Source: an uncultured Acidobacteriota bacterium
GTDB lineage: Bacteria; Acidobacteriota; Thermoanaerobaculia; Multivoradales; UBA5704
NCBI GenBank assembly: GCA_963770895.1
Contig: CAVYRF010000002.1
Location: 1,440,001 to 1,504,000, forward strand
DNA: 64,000 bases
Direction of reading: 5' to 3'
Positions within the stretch are counted from its first letter, which is position 1, and each line of letters opens with the position of its first letter. Made by a program: the position numbers and the translations under genes. Positions 20,825 through 30,425 of this stretch are shown in pieces. The notes beneath the pieces are model-generated. The model saw only the letters and a program-made list of their open reading frames with translations, did no database searches and was not told the DNA's origin.

Positions 20825-22246
20825 TCAGGCGCCCTCGCCGCCACCGGCCCACGCCGCGGCGATCGCCGCCACCAGCGCCTGGTCGTCCGCCGGCGCCACC
20901 GTGCGCAGGTCGAGCATCACGCGGCCGCGCCGCAGATAGCCGACCACCGGCGGCTCGCCCTGGCGCAGGCGGGCCAGCAGCGCATCGCTGCCGGGCAGCG
21001 CCAGCGCTTCGCCGCGGATCGGCGCCTCGGGAGCCGAGCCGCCGCCGACAAAGGCGTCGGCGGCGACGATCTCCACCAGTCCGCCGGCTGTCGCCGTCGC
21101 CAGGCTGGTGGCGGCGCGCTCCAGCCGCTCGCGATGCAGGCCCGCATCGGGCCACAGGCCGTCGAGCGGCAAGGGCGCCGCGGCAAGATGGAGCTGCAAC
21201 ACCCCCGCGAGCGCCGCCAGCGCCATGCGGTCGGGGCGCAGCACGCGGTACAGGGGGTGGCGGCGGCAGCGCTCCAGCAGCTCGCGGCGCCCCAGCAGCA
21301 GGCCGGCCTGGGGGCCGCCCAGAAGCTTGTCGGCGCTGCCGCAGACCAGGTCGCAGCCCAGGCCGACCAGCTCCGCCATGCTGGGGTGGTCCGCCAGCTG
21401 CGGTTCAGGCCGGCGGCGCAGCAGACCGCTCCCTTCGTCCACCAGGACCGGGATGCCCAGCCGCTGCCCCAGGCGGGACAGGTCGCCCGCCGCCACCGCG
21501 GCGACGAAGCCCGACAGCCGGAAGTTGCTGGGAAACACCTTGAGCAGCAGCGCCGTGTCGGGCCCCACCGCCGATTCGTAGTCGGCCAGCCGGGTGCGGT
21601 TGGTGGTGCCCACTTCGACCAGGCGCGCGCCGGCGGCGGCGAGGATGTCGGGGATGCGGAACGAGCCGCCGATCTCGACCAGCTCGCCGCGCGACACGAC
21701 GACCTCGCGGCCGGGCGCCAGCGTGGCCAGGCACAGCAGCAGGGCGGCGGCGTTGTTGTTGACGGCGAGCGCCGCGCCGGCGCCGGTGGCGGCGGTCAGC
21801 AGGCGCTCGACGCGCGCGTTGCGCTCGCCGCGACGCCCCGTCGCCAGGTCGATCTCCAGGTCGCAGTAGGCATTCAGCAGCTGGGGCAGCGACGCCGCGA
21901 CCTCCGGCGGCAGCGGCGCGCGGCCCAGGTTGGTGTGCAGCAGCACGCCGGTGGCGTTGAGCACCCGGCGCAGCGGGCGCCCCAGGGCGCGGTCGAGCTC
22001 ACCTGCCAGGAGCGCCGGCAGCCGCGCGAGCTCGTCCCGCAGCATTTCTTCCCGCTCCGCCGCCGGCGCCCCGGCAGCGCCAGCCGCCGCCAGGCGGTGA
22101 CGCAGCGCGGCAAGGACGCGGCGGGCTTGGACCTTCACCTGCTCACGTCCGTATAATGAAACGAGCGCCACCACCGCCGGTTCGGCGAACAGCCGGTCCA
22201 GCTGCGGCACGCCGCGGCGGGCATCGGATGGAGTGGGCGGCGCCAT
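20825..22246 (-). CDS. selA: L-seryl-tRNA(Sec) selenium transferase
   Basis: VLNATGVLLHTNLGRAPL, VNNNAAA, SRGELVEIGGSFRIPD, EVGTTNRT, SADKLLGGPQAG, VGGGSAP. Confidence 0.93.
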   Translation of the reverse strand: MAPPTPSDARRGVPQLDRLFAEPAVVALVSLYGREQVKVQARRVLAALRHRLAAAGAAGAPAAEREEMLRDELARLPALLAGELDRALGRPLRRVLNATGVLLHTNLGRAPLPPEVAASLPQLLNAYCDLEIDLATGRRGERNARVERLLTAATGAGAALAVNNNAAALLLCLATLAPGREVVVSRGELVEIGGSFRIPDILAAAGARLVEVGTTNRTRLADYESAVGPDTALLLKVFPSNFRLSGFVAAVAAGDLSRLGQRLGIPVLVDEGSGLLRRRPEPQLADHPSMAELVGLGCDLVCGSADKLLGGPQAGLLLGRRELLERCRRHPLYRVLRPDRMALAALAGVLQLHLAAAPLPLDGLWPDAGLHRERLERAATSLATATAGGLVEIVAADAFVGGGSAPEAPIRGEALALPGSDALLARLRQGEPPVVGYLRRGRVMLDLRTVAPADDQALVAAIAAAWAGGGEGA

Positions 22247-22304
22247 TTGCAGGCAAGATCGATCCGGCGTACGACAAAGGCCGATCAGGCATTCTAGGAG
22301 ATCC

Positions 22305-23033
22305 GTGGACCCGAAGCGAAACCCGCGCATCGAGGCGGCCGGCAGTCGCGGCGGCGGCAGTGCCGCCGGGGCGCCGTCGATGGCGGCGGCGCGCGCCGCC
22401 GGCCGCGGCGGCGCCGCCGGTTCGGGCGCCGCGGGCTCGCAGTCCGCGGCGGGCGCCGCGGCCAGCCCGGCGCTCACCGCGGCCATCGATCAGCTGGCCG
22501 CCGACCTGAACCAGCTGCGGGTCGATTACGACCGCTTTTTCGCCGGCGCGCTCGCCTTTCCGCCCGAGGAGCTGCGCGGGCGGGTGCAGACGCAGCTGCG
22601 CAGCCTGCGCAACCAGAGCGGCGGCACCACCGTCGAGCGCTTCCGCATGGCCGACCTCGAAGCCCGCTACAACAGCTACAGCGAACTGTTCAACCGGCGC
22701 GTGCGCCAGCGCGAAGAGGGGCGGCGCCCGTCGCCGCACGCGCCGGCCGCCGGTGCCATGGATGCCCCGCGCTACGATCCGGCGGCCGGCATCCTGGTCG
22801 GCACGACGGTGGATCCGGCGGCGGTCGCAGCGCTGTACGCCGGCCTCCACGCCGGCGAGCAGGCCGGTCCCCGCTTCGACCTCGCCACCTTCGACACCTA
22901 CCTGCGGCGGCAGGCGGAGGCGATCCGCGCCAAGGCCGGCTGCCAGGACGTCCTGTTTCGCCTCGCCGCCGAAGACGGCAAACTCAAGCTCAAGGCTCGC
23001 CCGGTGGGCGGCTCCGGCAACCCGCGCCCCTGA
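22305..23033 (+). CDS. Protein resembling the MXAN_5187 C-terminal domain family
   Basis: AGGAG plus GTG start; LRVDYDRFFAG..PP, RYNSYSELFNRRVRQREEG, and C-terminal AIRAKAGCQDVLFRLAAEDGKLKLKA (recognised from memory). Confidence 0.6.
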   Translation: MDPKRNPRIEAAGSRGGGSAAGAPSMAAARAAGRGGAAGSGAAGSQSAAGAAASPALTAAIDQLAADLNQLRVDYDRFFAGALAFPPEELRGRVQTQLRSLRNQSGGTTVERFRMADLEARYNSYSELFNRRVRQREEGRRPSPHAPAAGAMDAPRYDPAAGILVGTTVDPAAVAALYAGLHAGEQAGPRFDLATFDTYLRRQAEAIRAKAGCQDVLFRLAAEDGKLKLKARPVGGSGNPRP

Positions 23034-23047
23034 CGTAAGGAGATTTC

Positions 23048-24049
23048 GTGAACAGAACCCGCTCGTGCCGACCCTCGACCTTCCCCCTTTTCACCGTCCT
23101 GGGGGCGGTGCTCGCCGCCGGCGCGCTGATCGCCATCACCGCCATGGGCGCCCGCGCGGCGGTGCCGCCCAATCTCAACAAGGCGATCGACGCTCAGAAG
23201 CGGCTGACGACGCAGCAGCCCAACGACGCGGCGGCGTTCAACGACCTGGGCAACCTGCTGGTTCTGGCGCACCAGTCGACGGATGCTGAAGCCGCCTATC
23301 GGCGCGCCGTAGAACTCGACCCGCGCCGCACCTCGGCGCTGTTCAACCTCGGCCTGCTGGAGCAGCAGTCAGGCAACTCGCGCGACGCCAAGCAGCTGTA
23401 TGAAAAGGTCGTCGAGATCGAGCCGCAGCACGCCTGGGCGCACTACCAGCTGGGCACGATCTACGAGCGCAGCTCGGCCAAGTCGCGCGCCATCCGCGAG
23501 TATTCGCAGGCGTTCGCGCTCGATCCCCAGCTGGCCTTCCGCGAGGTGAACCCGCAGGTGGTGGAAAACAGGCTGGTCACCGAATCGCTGTTGCGCGCCT
23601 ACCAGCGCCAGTCGGCGGCCGGCGAGGCGCAGCCGATCTATGACGAGCCGTCGCGCATTCGCGACCTGCTGCTGGCGCCCAGGGAAGCCGATACGGCGAA
23701 CGCCCAGGCGGACCCCACTCAGCACCCTGCCGTCCTGCGACAGAAGGACCTGCCCACGGGCAACGTCGGACAGGCGACCCCGCCGGGCACCAAAGGCGGC
23801 GCGGCGCCGGCGCCGCAAGGCCGCCCCGCCATGCCGGGCGTCGGGGTGCCGGGCGGCTACGCCGGCGCCGGCGTTCCCAACGCGCGCCAGTGGTCGCGGC
23901 CCAATCCCATCACGACCGTCCCCAATTCCAATCTGGACGCCACGCCGGGCACCGTCATGACGCCGCCGCCGACGGGCCTCTACTACCGGCCCGGCCTGCC
24001 CAGCACCGGCCGGCTGGAAACGCAGGTGGTGCCGCAAGAGAACGGCTAG
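23048..24049 (+). CDS. Exported tetratricopeptide-repeat protein with Pro/Gly-rich tail
   Basis: N-terminal hydrophobic segment; TPRs AAFNDLGNLL..AYRRAVELDP, ALFNLG, AHYQLG. Confidence 0.8.
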   Translation: MNRTRSCRPSTFPLFTVLGAVLAAGALIAITAMGARAAVPPNLNKAIDAQKRLTTQQPNDAAAFNDLGNLLVLAHQSTDAEAAYRRAVELDPRRTSALFNLGLLEQQSGNSRDAKQLYEKVVEIEPQHAWAHYQLGTIYERSSAKSRAIREYSQAFALDPQLAFREVNPQVVENRLVTESLLRAYQRQSAAGEAQPIYDEPSRIRDLLLAPREADTANAQADPTQHPAVLRQKDLPTGNVGQATPPGTKGGAAPAPQGRPAMPGVGVPGGYAGAGVPNARQWSRPNPITTVPNSNLDATPGTVMTPPPTGLYYRPGLPSTGRLETQVVPQENG

Positions 24050-24080
24050 CGGCAGTAGCCGGGGGGGACGGCGGCGTGGC

Positions 24081-25148
24081 TCAGACGTTGAAGCGGAAGT
24101 GCACCACGTCGCCGTCCTGCACGACGTATTCCTTGCCTTCCAGGCGCAGCAGGGCCGCGTCGCGGCAGGCAGCCAGCGAGCGGGTGCGCAGCAGGTCGTC
24201 CCAGCGCACCACTTCGGCACGGATGAAGCCGCGCTCGATGTCGGAGTGGATGGCCCCGGCGGCTTCGCGGGCACGGCTGCCGCGGCGCAGCGCCCAGGCC
24301 CGCACCTCGTCTTCGCCGACGGTAAAAAAGGCGATCAGGCCCAGCAGGTCGTAGCTCGCCAGATTGACCCGGTCCAGGCTGGATTCGGTCAGGCCCAGGT
24401 CGGCCAGGAAGTCGCGCTGCTCGGCGGGCGGCAGGCGGCTGATCTCGTCCTCGATCGGGGCGCTGACCGTGATGGCGTGGACCGCCGGCCCCGGCACGAT
24501 GCCGAACTGCTCGACTCCGGCGGCGGCGCGGTCTTCGCCGGCGTTGACCACCAGCAGCATGGGCTTGGCGGAAAGCAGCTGAAAGCCGCGCAGGCGGCGC
24601 TCGTCGTCCGGTTCCAAAGCGATGCCGCGCAGCGGCCGCTCGGCCTCCAGCGCCGGCAGGATGACGTCGGCGAGCAGCGCCTTTTCGCGCTGCTCTTCGG
24701 GCGTCAGGCCGCGCTTGACCGCCTTTTCGAGGCGTTCGATGCGCCGCTCCACCAGGTCGTGGTCGGCCAGGATCAGCTCCAGGTCGACCATCGCCGCGTC
24801 GCGGGCGGCGTCCACCTGGCCTTCGGGATGGACGATCTCAGGATCGTCGAAGGCGCGCACCACGTGCACCAGGGCGTCCACGGTTTTGAGCTTGGCCAGG
24901 TCCAGGCTCTCGGCGCTTTCGCCGCGCTTGATGCCGGGGATGTCCATGTATTGGACCGTCGCCGGCACGTAGCGGCGCGGTTTGAACAGGTCGCGCAGCT
25001 GCTCCAGGCGCGCGTCGCGCACCGTCGCCATGCCCAGGTGGGTCTCCCCCGAGGCCGCGAACTTGCCCGTCGCCTGCTGCGACGCCGTCAGCGTGTTGAA
25101 CAGCGTCGTCTTGCCCGACTTCGCCAAACCGAGAATGCCCAGCTGCAA
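24081..25148 (-). CDS. ychF: Redox-regulated ATPase YchF
   Basis: TTG start with GGAGGAGG SD; GLAKSGKTTLFN, DIPG, FFTVGEDEVRAW, AGAIHSDIERGFIRAEV, EGKEYVVQDGD. Confidence 0.95.
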   Translation of the reverse strand: MQLGILGLAKSGKTTLFNTLTASQQATGKFAASGETHLGMATVRDARLEQLRDLFKPRRYVPATVQYMDIPGIKRGESAESLDLAKLKTVDALVHVVRAFDDPEIVHPEGQVDAARDAAMVDLELILADHDLVERRIERLEKAVKRGLTPEEQREKALLADVILPALEAERPLRGIALEPDDERRLRGFQLLSAKPMLLVVNAGEDRAAAGVEQFGIVPGPAVHAITVSAPIEDEISRLPPAEQRDFLADLGLTESSLDRVNLASYDLLGLIAFFTVGEDEVRAWALRRGSRAREAAGAIHSDIERGFIRAEVVRWDDLLRTRSLAACRDAALLRLEGKEYVVQDGDVVHFRFNV

Positions 25149-25195
25149 GGTCCCAACCTCCTCCGTTGCCGGAAAGCCCACGCGGGTGCGGCAGG

Positions 25196-26707
25196 TTACC
25201 CCTCTGGCCGCGCGCCGGTCAATGGTGCGGCGGCGGGCGGTGCCGGGCCGGCCGGCCCGGCGGGATGCAGCTCGAGGCCGCTGACCAGCAGGGTGGGCGC
25301 GCCGATCATGCCGTCCCTGGGCAGAAAGGTAAGGTCGCGGCCGACGCCGGCGATACCGCGCAGCAGCGCCGCGGTGCTGCCGCAGAGCCAGGCGGCGGCG
25401 ACCGGCGCGGCAGCCTGCCCCGCCTCGACGACGAACCCGCACACCGGCACCGCAAAGCGCTCCGCCGCGGCGTCGTAGCGGACGGCGCCGGTGGTTTCGA
25501 CCAGGTAGTGGCCGGCGCGCACCTCGGCCAGCAGCGCGCCGACCGCGACGCGCGGATCGGGGCGCAGGTACAGGTGCGTCGGGCCGGGACTGGGCAGGTC
25601 GCGCCAGCTCGGGCGGCGGACGCAGCCGGTGGCCGCGCCGGGCGCCGCGCCGTCCGCCTGCCACCAGGCCAGGAGCGGCTGACGGAAGATCCCGTCCTGG
25701 ACCAGCACCGCCTCGCCGCAGGGCACGCCTTCGCCGTCGACCGGGCACTCCATCGCACCGCCGGGGAGCCGTCCGTTGTCGATCAGGGTGAGGCGGTCGC
25801 TGCCGATGCGGCCGCGGCGATCGCGCAGCGACGCCACGCGAGCCGCCGCCGCGGGACCGACGAACAGCGGCAGCAGCTGGCCGAGCAGCGCGATCGCCAC
25901 CGGCGGCGCCAGCAGCATCTCGCCGCCGGCCCCTGCCGCCAGCGTGGCGGCGCTGCCGGCGGCCGCGATCGCCAGCCGGTCGGCGATCCGCCGCGCCAGC
26001 GCCGCCGGGTGGAAGTGCCGCGCTTCGCGGGCCGCCACGTAGATGGCGGCGGTCGCGACGGCGCCGCCGCGGCCGGCGCCGGGGCCGGCGGCCTCCAGGC
26101 GCAGGGTGGCAAGGCGCCGGCGCCAGTGCGCCGCCAGGCCGCGGCTGTTGACCAGGTCGCTTTCGCTCGAACCGTCTTCGAGCGCCGCAAGCAGCAGGCG
26201 CGCGCCGGGCAGCTCCGCCGCCAGCTCGCGACCCAGACCCGCCAGCAGCTGCAGCCCTTCGGTTTCGCCGATCAGCGGCGCCGCGAAGTCCGACGGCTCG
26301 ACCCACGCCGGCGCCACCTCCGGCGCCGGCAGGCGGAAGGAGCGGCCCGCCGGCTCGGGCCATCCGGCGCCGTCCGGCCCGCCGCCGCCGGGCGGTTCGC
26401 CGGTGCCGGCGAGGAAGAAGGACGCGCGCCGCCCGCTGGCGCGCACCGCCCAGGCGCGCTCCTGGCTGGCGACGGAGGTGGCGTCGCCCAGCTCCATCAC
26501 CAGGCGGCGCGAGCGGCCGCGCTTGACCAGCACCTCGGCGTCGGGAAGGTTGCGCCGCACCAGGGAGCGCAGGACTTCGTTCAGCCCTTCGCGCAGAACC
26601 GTCGGGGTCGCGGACGCTGCCGGAGCCGCGGACGCCGCCGGGGCGGCCGCTGCCGCCGGCCGCGATGGCGACACGGTCCGCTGGGCGCGCTCAACCCGCT
26701 CAGGCAT
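25196..26707 (-). CDS. TldE/PmbA-family protein
   Basis: C-terminal LTLIDNGRLPGG...DGEGVP..LVQDG, PGPTHLYL, GAPTLLV; no HExxH; translationally coupled to tldD. Confidence 0.75.
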   Translation of the reverse strand: MPERVERAQRTVSPSRPAAAAAPAASAAPAASATPTVLREGLNEVLRSLVRRNLPDAEVLVKRGRSRRLVMELGDATSVASQERAWAVRASGRRASFFLAGTGEPPGGGGPDGAGWPEPAGRSFRLPAPEVAPAWVEPSDFAAPLIGETEGLQLLAGLGRELAAELPGARLLLAALEDGSSESDLVNSRGLAAHWRRRLATLRLEAAGPGAGRGGAVATAAIYVAAREARHFHPAALARRIADRLAIAAAGSAATLAAGAGGEMLLAPPVAIALLGQLLPLFVGPAAAARVASLRDRRGRIGSDRLTLIDNGRLPGGAMECPVDGEGVPCGEAVLVQDGIFRQPLLAWWQADGAAPGAATGCVRRPSWRDLPSPGPTHLYLRPDPRVAVGALLAEVRAGHYLVETTGAVRYDAAAERFAVPVCGFVVEAGQAAAPVAAAWLCGSTAALLRGIAGVGRDLTFLPRDGMIGAPTLLVSGLELHPAGPAGPAPPAAAPLTGARPEG

Positions 26708-28019
26708 CGGCCGGCTCCACCCGCACACCCTCCAGCCGCAAGGCCGGCGCGGTCGCCCAGACCGGCAGCTTCTGACCGCCCTTGGCGCACCATCCCGCTC
26801 CCGCGGCGACGGCGGTGCGCCCCACCGCGGTGGCGCGCGCCAGCAGGTCGGCGACCTGGCCGCGCAGCACGCACGCCCCCACCGGTTCACCCAGGGCGCC
26901 GCGCCGGATGCGGCGGCCGTAGGGCAGCCGCAGGGTGAATTGCCCCGACAGCGGATCGAGGGAGCCGCGCTCCGCCGCCGCCAGGTAGAGGCCGTCGCCG
27001 GCTTGCGCCAGCAGGTCGGCGTCGGCGGTGTCGCCGGCCACCAGCTCCAGGTGGCTCGACCGCGGGCCGGGCGGCAGGTGGCGGCTGCCGCGGCGGCCGG
27101 CGCCGGGCACCAGCGACGGCGCGACGCGCGCCCAGGCGGCGTCGGCCAGGGGCTGCTCCACCACGCCACCGCGCAGGAGCCAGCGACGGCACACCGGCAG
27201 CCCCTCGTCGTCGCTGGTGCGCCGCACCGAGGGGGGCGCCGCCGCGGGATCGTCGAGCACGTCCAGGCAGGCGGCGCCGAGCGCGATCCCGAGCGCCGCC
27301 TCGGGGCGGCCGCCGCGCGCCAGGGTGTCGGCTTCCAGGGCGTGCGCCACCGCTTCGTGCAGCAGCACCGCCACCGCCTCCGGGCCGAGCACGACGACGC
27401 CATGCAAAGGCGGCGGCGGCGCGGCGTGGCGGGCGCGGAACAGCGCCACGGCCGCCGCCGCCACCTGCTCGGCGGCGGCGGCGTCGAGGCGCGGCAGCAG
27501 CGACCCGTGCCGCCCCAGGGCCGATTCGGCGGTGCAGCTGTAGAAGTCTTCGCTCTGCGCCTCGGCAACCAGCCGCGGCCCCGCCACCTGCAGCCAGCGC
27601 CGGTGGCGCCGCACCGTCAGGCGCACCGGAAAGCCGACGTGATGGGCGCGCACCGCCCGCGCCACCGCGGCCGGAAAGTCCAGCAGCTCGTGCACGTCGA
27701 GCGGCGCGAGCGGCGGGGTGCGCAACGACGGATCGGGATATTCCACCGCCGGCAGGGCGCGCGCCACCTGGCGCAGGGCTTCCGCAAACGGCCGTTCGGC
27801 GATCTGGTCGCGGCTGGCCAGCCAGGTGCGCCGGTCGCGCAGCAGGCGCACCGCAAAGCCCTCTTCGCGCCAGGCGCGCAGCCCCGGACCGGCGTCGTCG
27901 GGAGGCAGCTCCACCTCTTCGCGCCGCTCGAAGTAGGCGTCCACCACATCCTCGGGTTGCTCGGCGATCTGGGAAAGCGCGCGGGCGACTGCGGCCGTGT
28001 CAAGCTCCGACCAAGGCAT
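26700..28019 (-). CDS. tldD: TldD-family metalloprotease
   Basis: VLLHEAVAHALEAD, DDEGLP, GAGRR, CAKGGQKLPV. Confidence 0.8.
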   Translation of the reverse strand: MPWSELDTAAVARALSQIAEQPEDVVDAYFERREEVELPPDDAGPGLRAWREEGFAVRLLRDRRTWLASRDQIAERPFAEALRQVARALPAVEYPDPSLRTPPLAPLDVHELLDFPAAVARAVRAHHVGFPVRLTVRRHRRWLQVAGPRLVAEAQSEDFYSCTAESALGRHGSLLPRLDAAAAEQVAAAAVALFRARHAAPPPPLHGVVVLGPEAVAVLLHEAVAHALEADTLARGGRPEAALGIALGAACLDVLDDPAAAPPSVRRTSDDEGLPVCRRWLLRGGVVEQPLADAAWARVAPSLVPGAGRRGSRHLPPGPRSSHLELVAGDTADADLLAQAGDGLYLAAAERGSLDPLSGQFTLRLPYGRRIRRGALGEPVGACVLRGQVADLLARATAVGRTAVAAGAGWCAKGGQKLPVWATAPALRLEGVRVEPADA

Positions 28020-28151
28020 CGGGATCGATTGTGGCACAGGTCGCGGGCGATCCCCGCGAACCGGAGGTCGGCCGCCCCGCGGCGCGCCGCCGAGAGATCG
28101 GCGATCCCGCGGCGCGCCGCTGAGATGCCGCTGAGATAAGATCCGCCGGAT

Positions 28152-29723
28152 ATGACCACCGGCCAAGGACGGATCGCGGCAATTGCGGAGCTGGAGCGAC
28201 GGCGGGAAGCCGCCCTGCGCGGCGGCGGCAGCGAGCGCATCGCGCGCCAGCACGCCGCGGGCAAGTTGACCGCGCGGGAACGCATCGAGCTGCTGCTGGA
28301 CGCCGGCTCCTTCGTCGAGATCGACGCCCTGGTGACGCACCGCTGCCGCGACTTCGGCATGGACCAGCAGCACGTGCCCGGCGACGGCGTGGTGTGCGGC
28401 TTCGGCAGCGTCGACCGCAGGCTGGTGTACGTGTTCGCGCAGGACTTCACCGTGTTCGGCGGGTCGCTGTCCGAAACCAACGCGCGCAAAATCTGCAAGG
28501 TGATGGACCTGGCGGTCGAAAACGGCGCGCCGGTCATCGGCCTCAACGATTCGGGCGGCGCCCGCATCCAGGAGGGCGTGGCGTCGCTCGGCGGCTATGC
28601 CGACATCTTCCTGCGCAACACGATGGCCTCGGGGGTGGTGCCGCAGCTGTCGGCGATCATGGGTCCCTGCGCCGGCGGCGCCGTGTATTCGCCGGCGATC
28701 ACCGACTTCATCTTCATGGTGGAGGGGACCAGCTACATGTTCGTCACCGGCCCCGAAGTCATCAAGACGGTGACCCACGAAGAGGTGAGCAAGGAAGATC
28801 TCGGCGGCGCGCTCACCCATGCCGCCAAGAGCGGCGTCTGCCACTTCACCGTCCCCAACGACGCCGCCTGCCTGGCCGGACTGCGCCAGCTGCTGTCCTA
28901 CCTGCCCAGCAACAACCTGGACGATCCGCCGCCGGGGCACAGCGACGACGACCCGGACCGCGAAGCGGAAGCGCTCGACGCCCTGGTGCCCGCCGACCCC
29001 AACCGGCCGTACGACATCAAGCAGCTGATCGCGCAGGTGGCCGACGACGGCGCCTTCCTGGAGGTGCACGCGCAGTACGCCCGCAACATCGTGGTCGGCT
29101 TCGCCCGCTTCGCCAACACCAGCGTCGGCATCGTCGCCAACCAGCCGGGCTATCTCGCCGGCGTGCTCGACATCGACGCGTCCGGCAAGGGGGCCCGGTT
29201 TGTGCGCTTCTGCGACGCGTTCAACATCCCGCTGGTGACGTTCGAAGACGTCCCCGGGTTCCTGCCCGGCACCCAGCAGGAATTTGGCGGCATCATCAAG
29301 CACGGCGCCAAGCTCCTGTTCGCGTTCGCCGAAGCGACCGTCCCCAAGATCACGGTGATCACCCGCAAGGCCTACGGCGGCGCCTACTGCGTGATGGCGA
29401 GCAAACACCTGCGCACCGACGTCAACCTGGCCTACCCGACCGCGGAGATCGCCGTCATGGGACCCGAGGGCGCGGTCAACGTCCTCTACCGGCGCGAGCT
29501 GGAAGAAGCCGGCAGCGACGAAGCGACGCGGGCGCTGCGCAATGAAAAGATCGCCGAGTACCGGGCAAAGTTCTCCAACCCCTACATCGCCGCCGAGCGC
29601 GGATTCCTGGATGCCATCATCGAGCCGCGGCGCACCCGCCCCGAGATCGTGCGGGCGCTGCGCCAGCTCTCCGCCAAGCGCGCCTCGGTACCGCCCAAGA
29701 AGCATGGCAACATCCCGCTGTAG
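28152..29723 (+). CDS. pccB: Acyl-CoA (propionyl-CoA) carboxylase carboxyltransferase subunit
   Basis: [64 protein letters not shown]. Confidence 0.93.
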   Translation: MTTGQGRIAAIAELERRREAALRGGGSERIARQHAAGKLTARERIELLLDAGSFVEIDALVTHRCRDFGMDQQHVPGDGVVCGFGSVDRRLVYVFAQDFTVFGGSLSETNARKICKVMDLAVENGAPVIGLNDSGGARIQEGVASLGGYADIFLRNTMASGVVPQLSAIMGPCAGGAVYSPAITDFIFMVEGTSYMFVTGPEVIKTVTHEEVSKEDLGGALTHAAKSGVCHFTVPNDAACLAGLRQLLSYLPSNNLDDPPPGHSDDDPDREAEALDALVPADPNRPYDIKQLIAQVADDGAFLEVHAQYARNIVVGFARFANTSVGIVANQPGYLAGVLDIDASGKGARFVRFCDAFNIPLVTFEDVPGFLPGTQQEFGGIIKHGAKLLFAFAEATVPKITVITRKAYGGAYCVMASKHLRTDVNLAYPTAEIAVMGPEGAVNVLYRRELEEAGSDEATRALRNEKIAEYRAKFSNPYIAAERGFLDAIIEPRRTRPEIVRALRQLSAKRASVPPKKHGNIPL

Positions 29724-29858
29724 GCCGTCCGGCCGCTGCCGGAAGTCCCCTGTTTTGCTTGACATCCGGGCTGCCGCTGGGGCAAGCTGCCGTTTGCTTT
29801 GCACGCGGGGAGCTGCCGCGGGGCCGGTCCATGTAGCCAAAGAGGATCGAGGGAACCG

Positions 29859-30272
29859 ATGAGAGAAAAAGACCGAGTCCTGAGACGCCGGCGCCAGCGC
29901 CGGATCAAGCGGTTGAAGCGGCGCAGCCAGCTGGAAGCGCAGCAGAAGGCCGAGCGCGCGCAGGGCTCCAAGCGCGCGGTCAAGAAGCCGCCCGCCGCGG
30001 AATCGGCGGCCACCGCCGCGGCGTCGGCGCACCGCGCGACGGCCGAACCCGCCAGCGCCACGGCGACCGGCAGCGCCGGCGCGACAACCCCGGCAGCCCC
30101 GGCAGCCAGTGCAGCCGCCCCGGCCGCTGCCAAAAAGCCGGCAGCTCCGCGCAAGCCAGCGCCCGCCGCCGGCGCCGCCGAGCCGGCGCCCAAAAAGGCA
30201 GCCGCCGCCAAGAAGGCCGCCGGCGACGATGCCGGCGGCGGCGAAGAAGCCGCCGGCCCCAAGGCCCGCTGA
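29859..30272 (+). CDS. Small basic protein with Arg-rich N-terminus and Ala/Lys/Pro-rich tail
   Basis: MREKDRVLRRRRQRRIKRLKRR...AAKKPAAPRKPAP; TTGACA at 29759 upstream; GAGGG before ATG. Confidence 0.6.
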   Translation: MREKDRVLRRRRQRRIKRLKRRSQLEAQQKAERAQGSKRAVKKPPAAESAATAAASAHRATAEPASATATGSAGATTPAAPAASAAAPAAAKKPAAPRKPAPAAGAAEPAPKKAAAAKKAAGDDAGGGEEAAGPKAR

Positions 30273-30425
30273 GCCCCCCAAGGCGCTGGGCTCCGCGGCC
30301 CGCCAGGCCCCCTGGCACCGCGCGGGATCTGCTGAAGCCTGCGCGACGCCGGCTGCGCCCGGCTGACCCTGGACGGAAGGGGACCTGGTCTTCCTTCAAC
30401 CGGCCGCACCCGCGGCCGGACCCGC

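Noticed and set aside
20825-22246. Possible tRNA-Sec, SECIS element or UGA-recoded selenoprotein near selA
   Set aside because: No tRNA-like cloverleaf seen in intergenic regions, and no gene appears truncated at a UGA aligned to a Cys.
28032-28046. TGGCAC as a possible sigma54 promoter for pccB (also TGGCAC at about 42225)
   Set aside because: No GC at the -12 position.
28076-28136. Direct repeat CCCGCGGCGCGCCGCYGAGA x2 in the tldD/pccB intergenic region
   Set aside because: Only two copies, 30 nt apart and GC-rich. Not a CRISPR or IS end, and too weak to call an operator.
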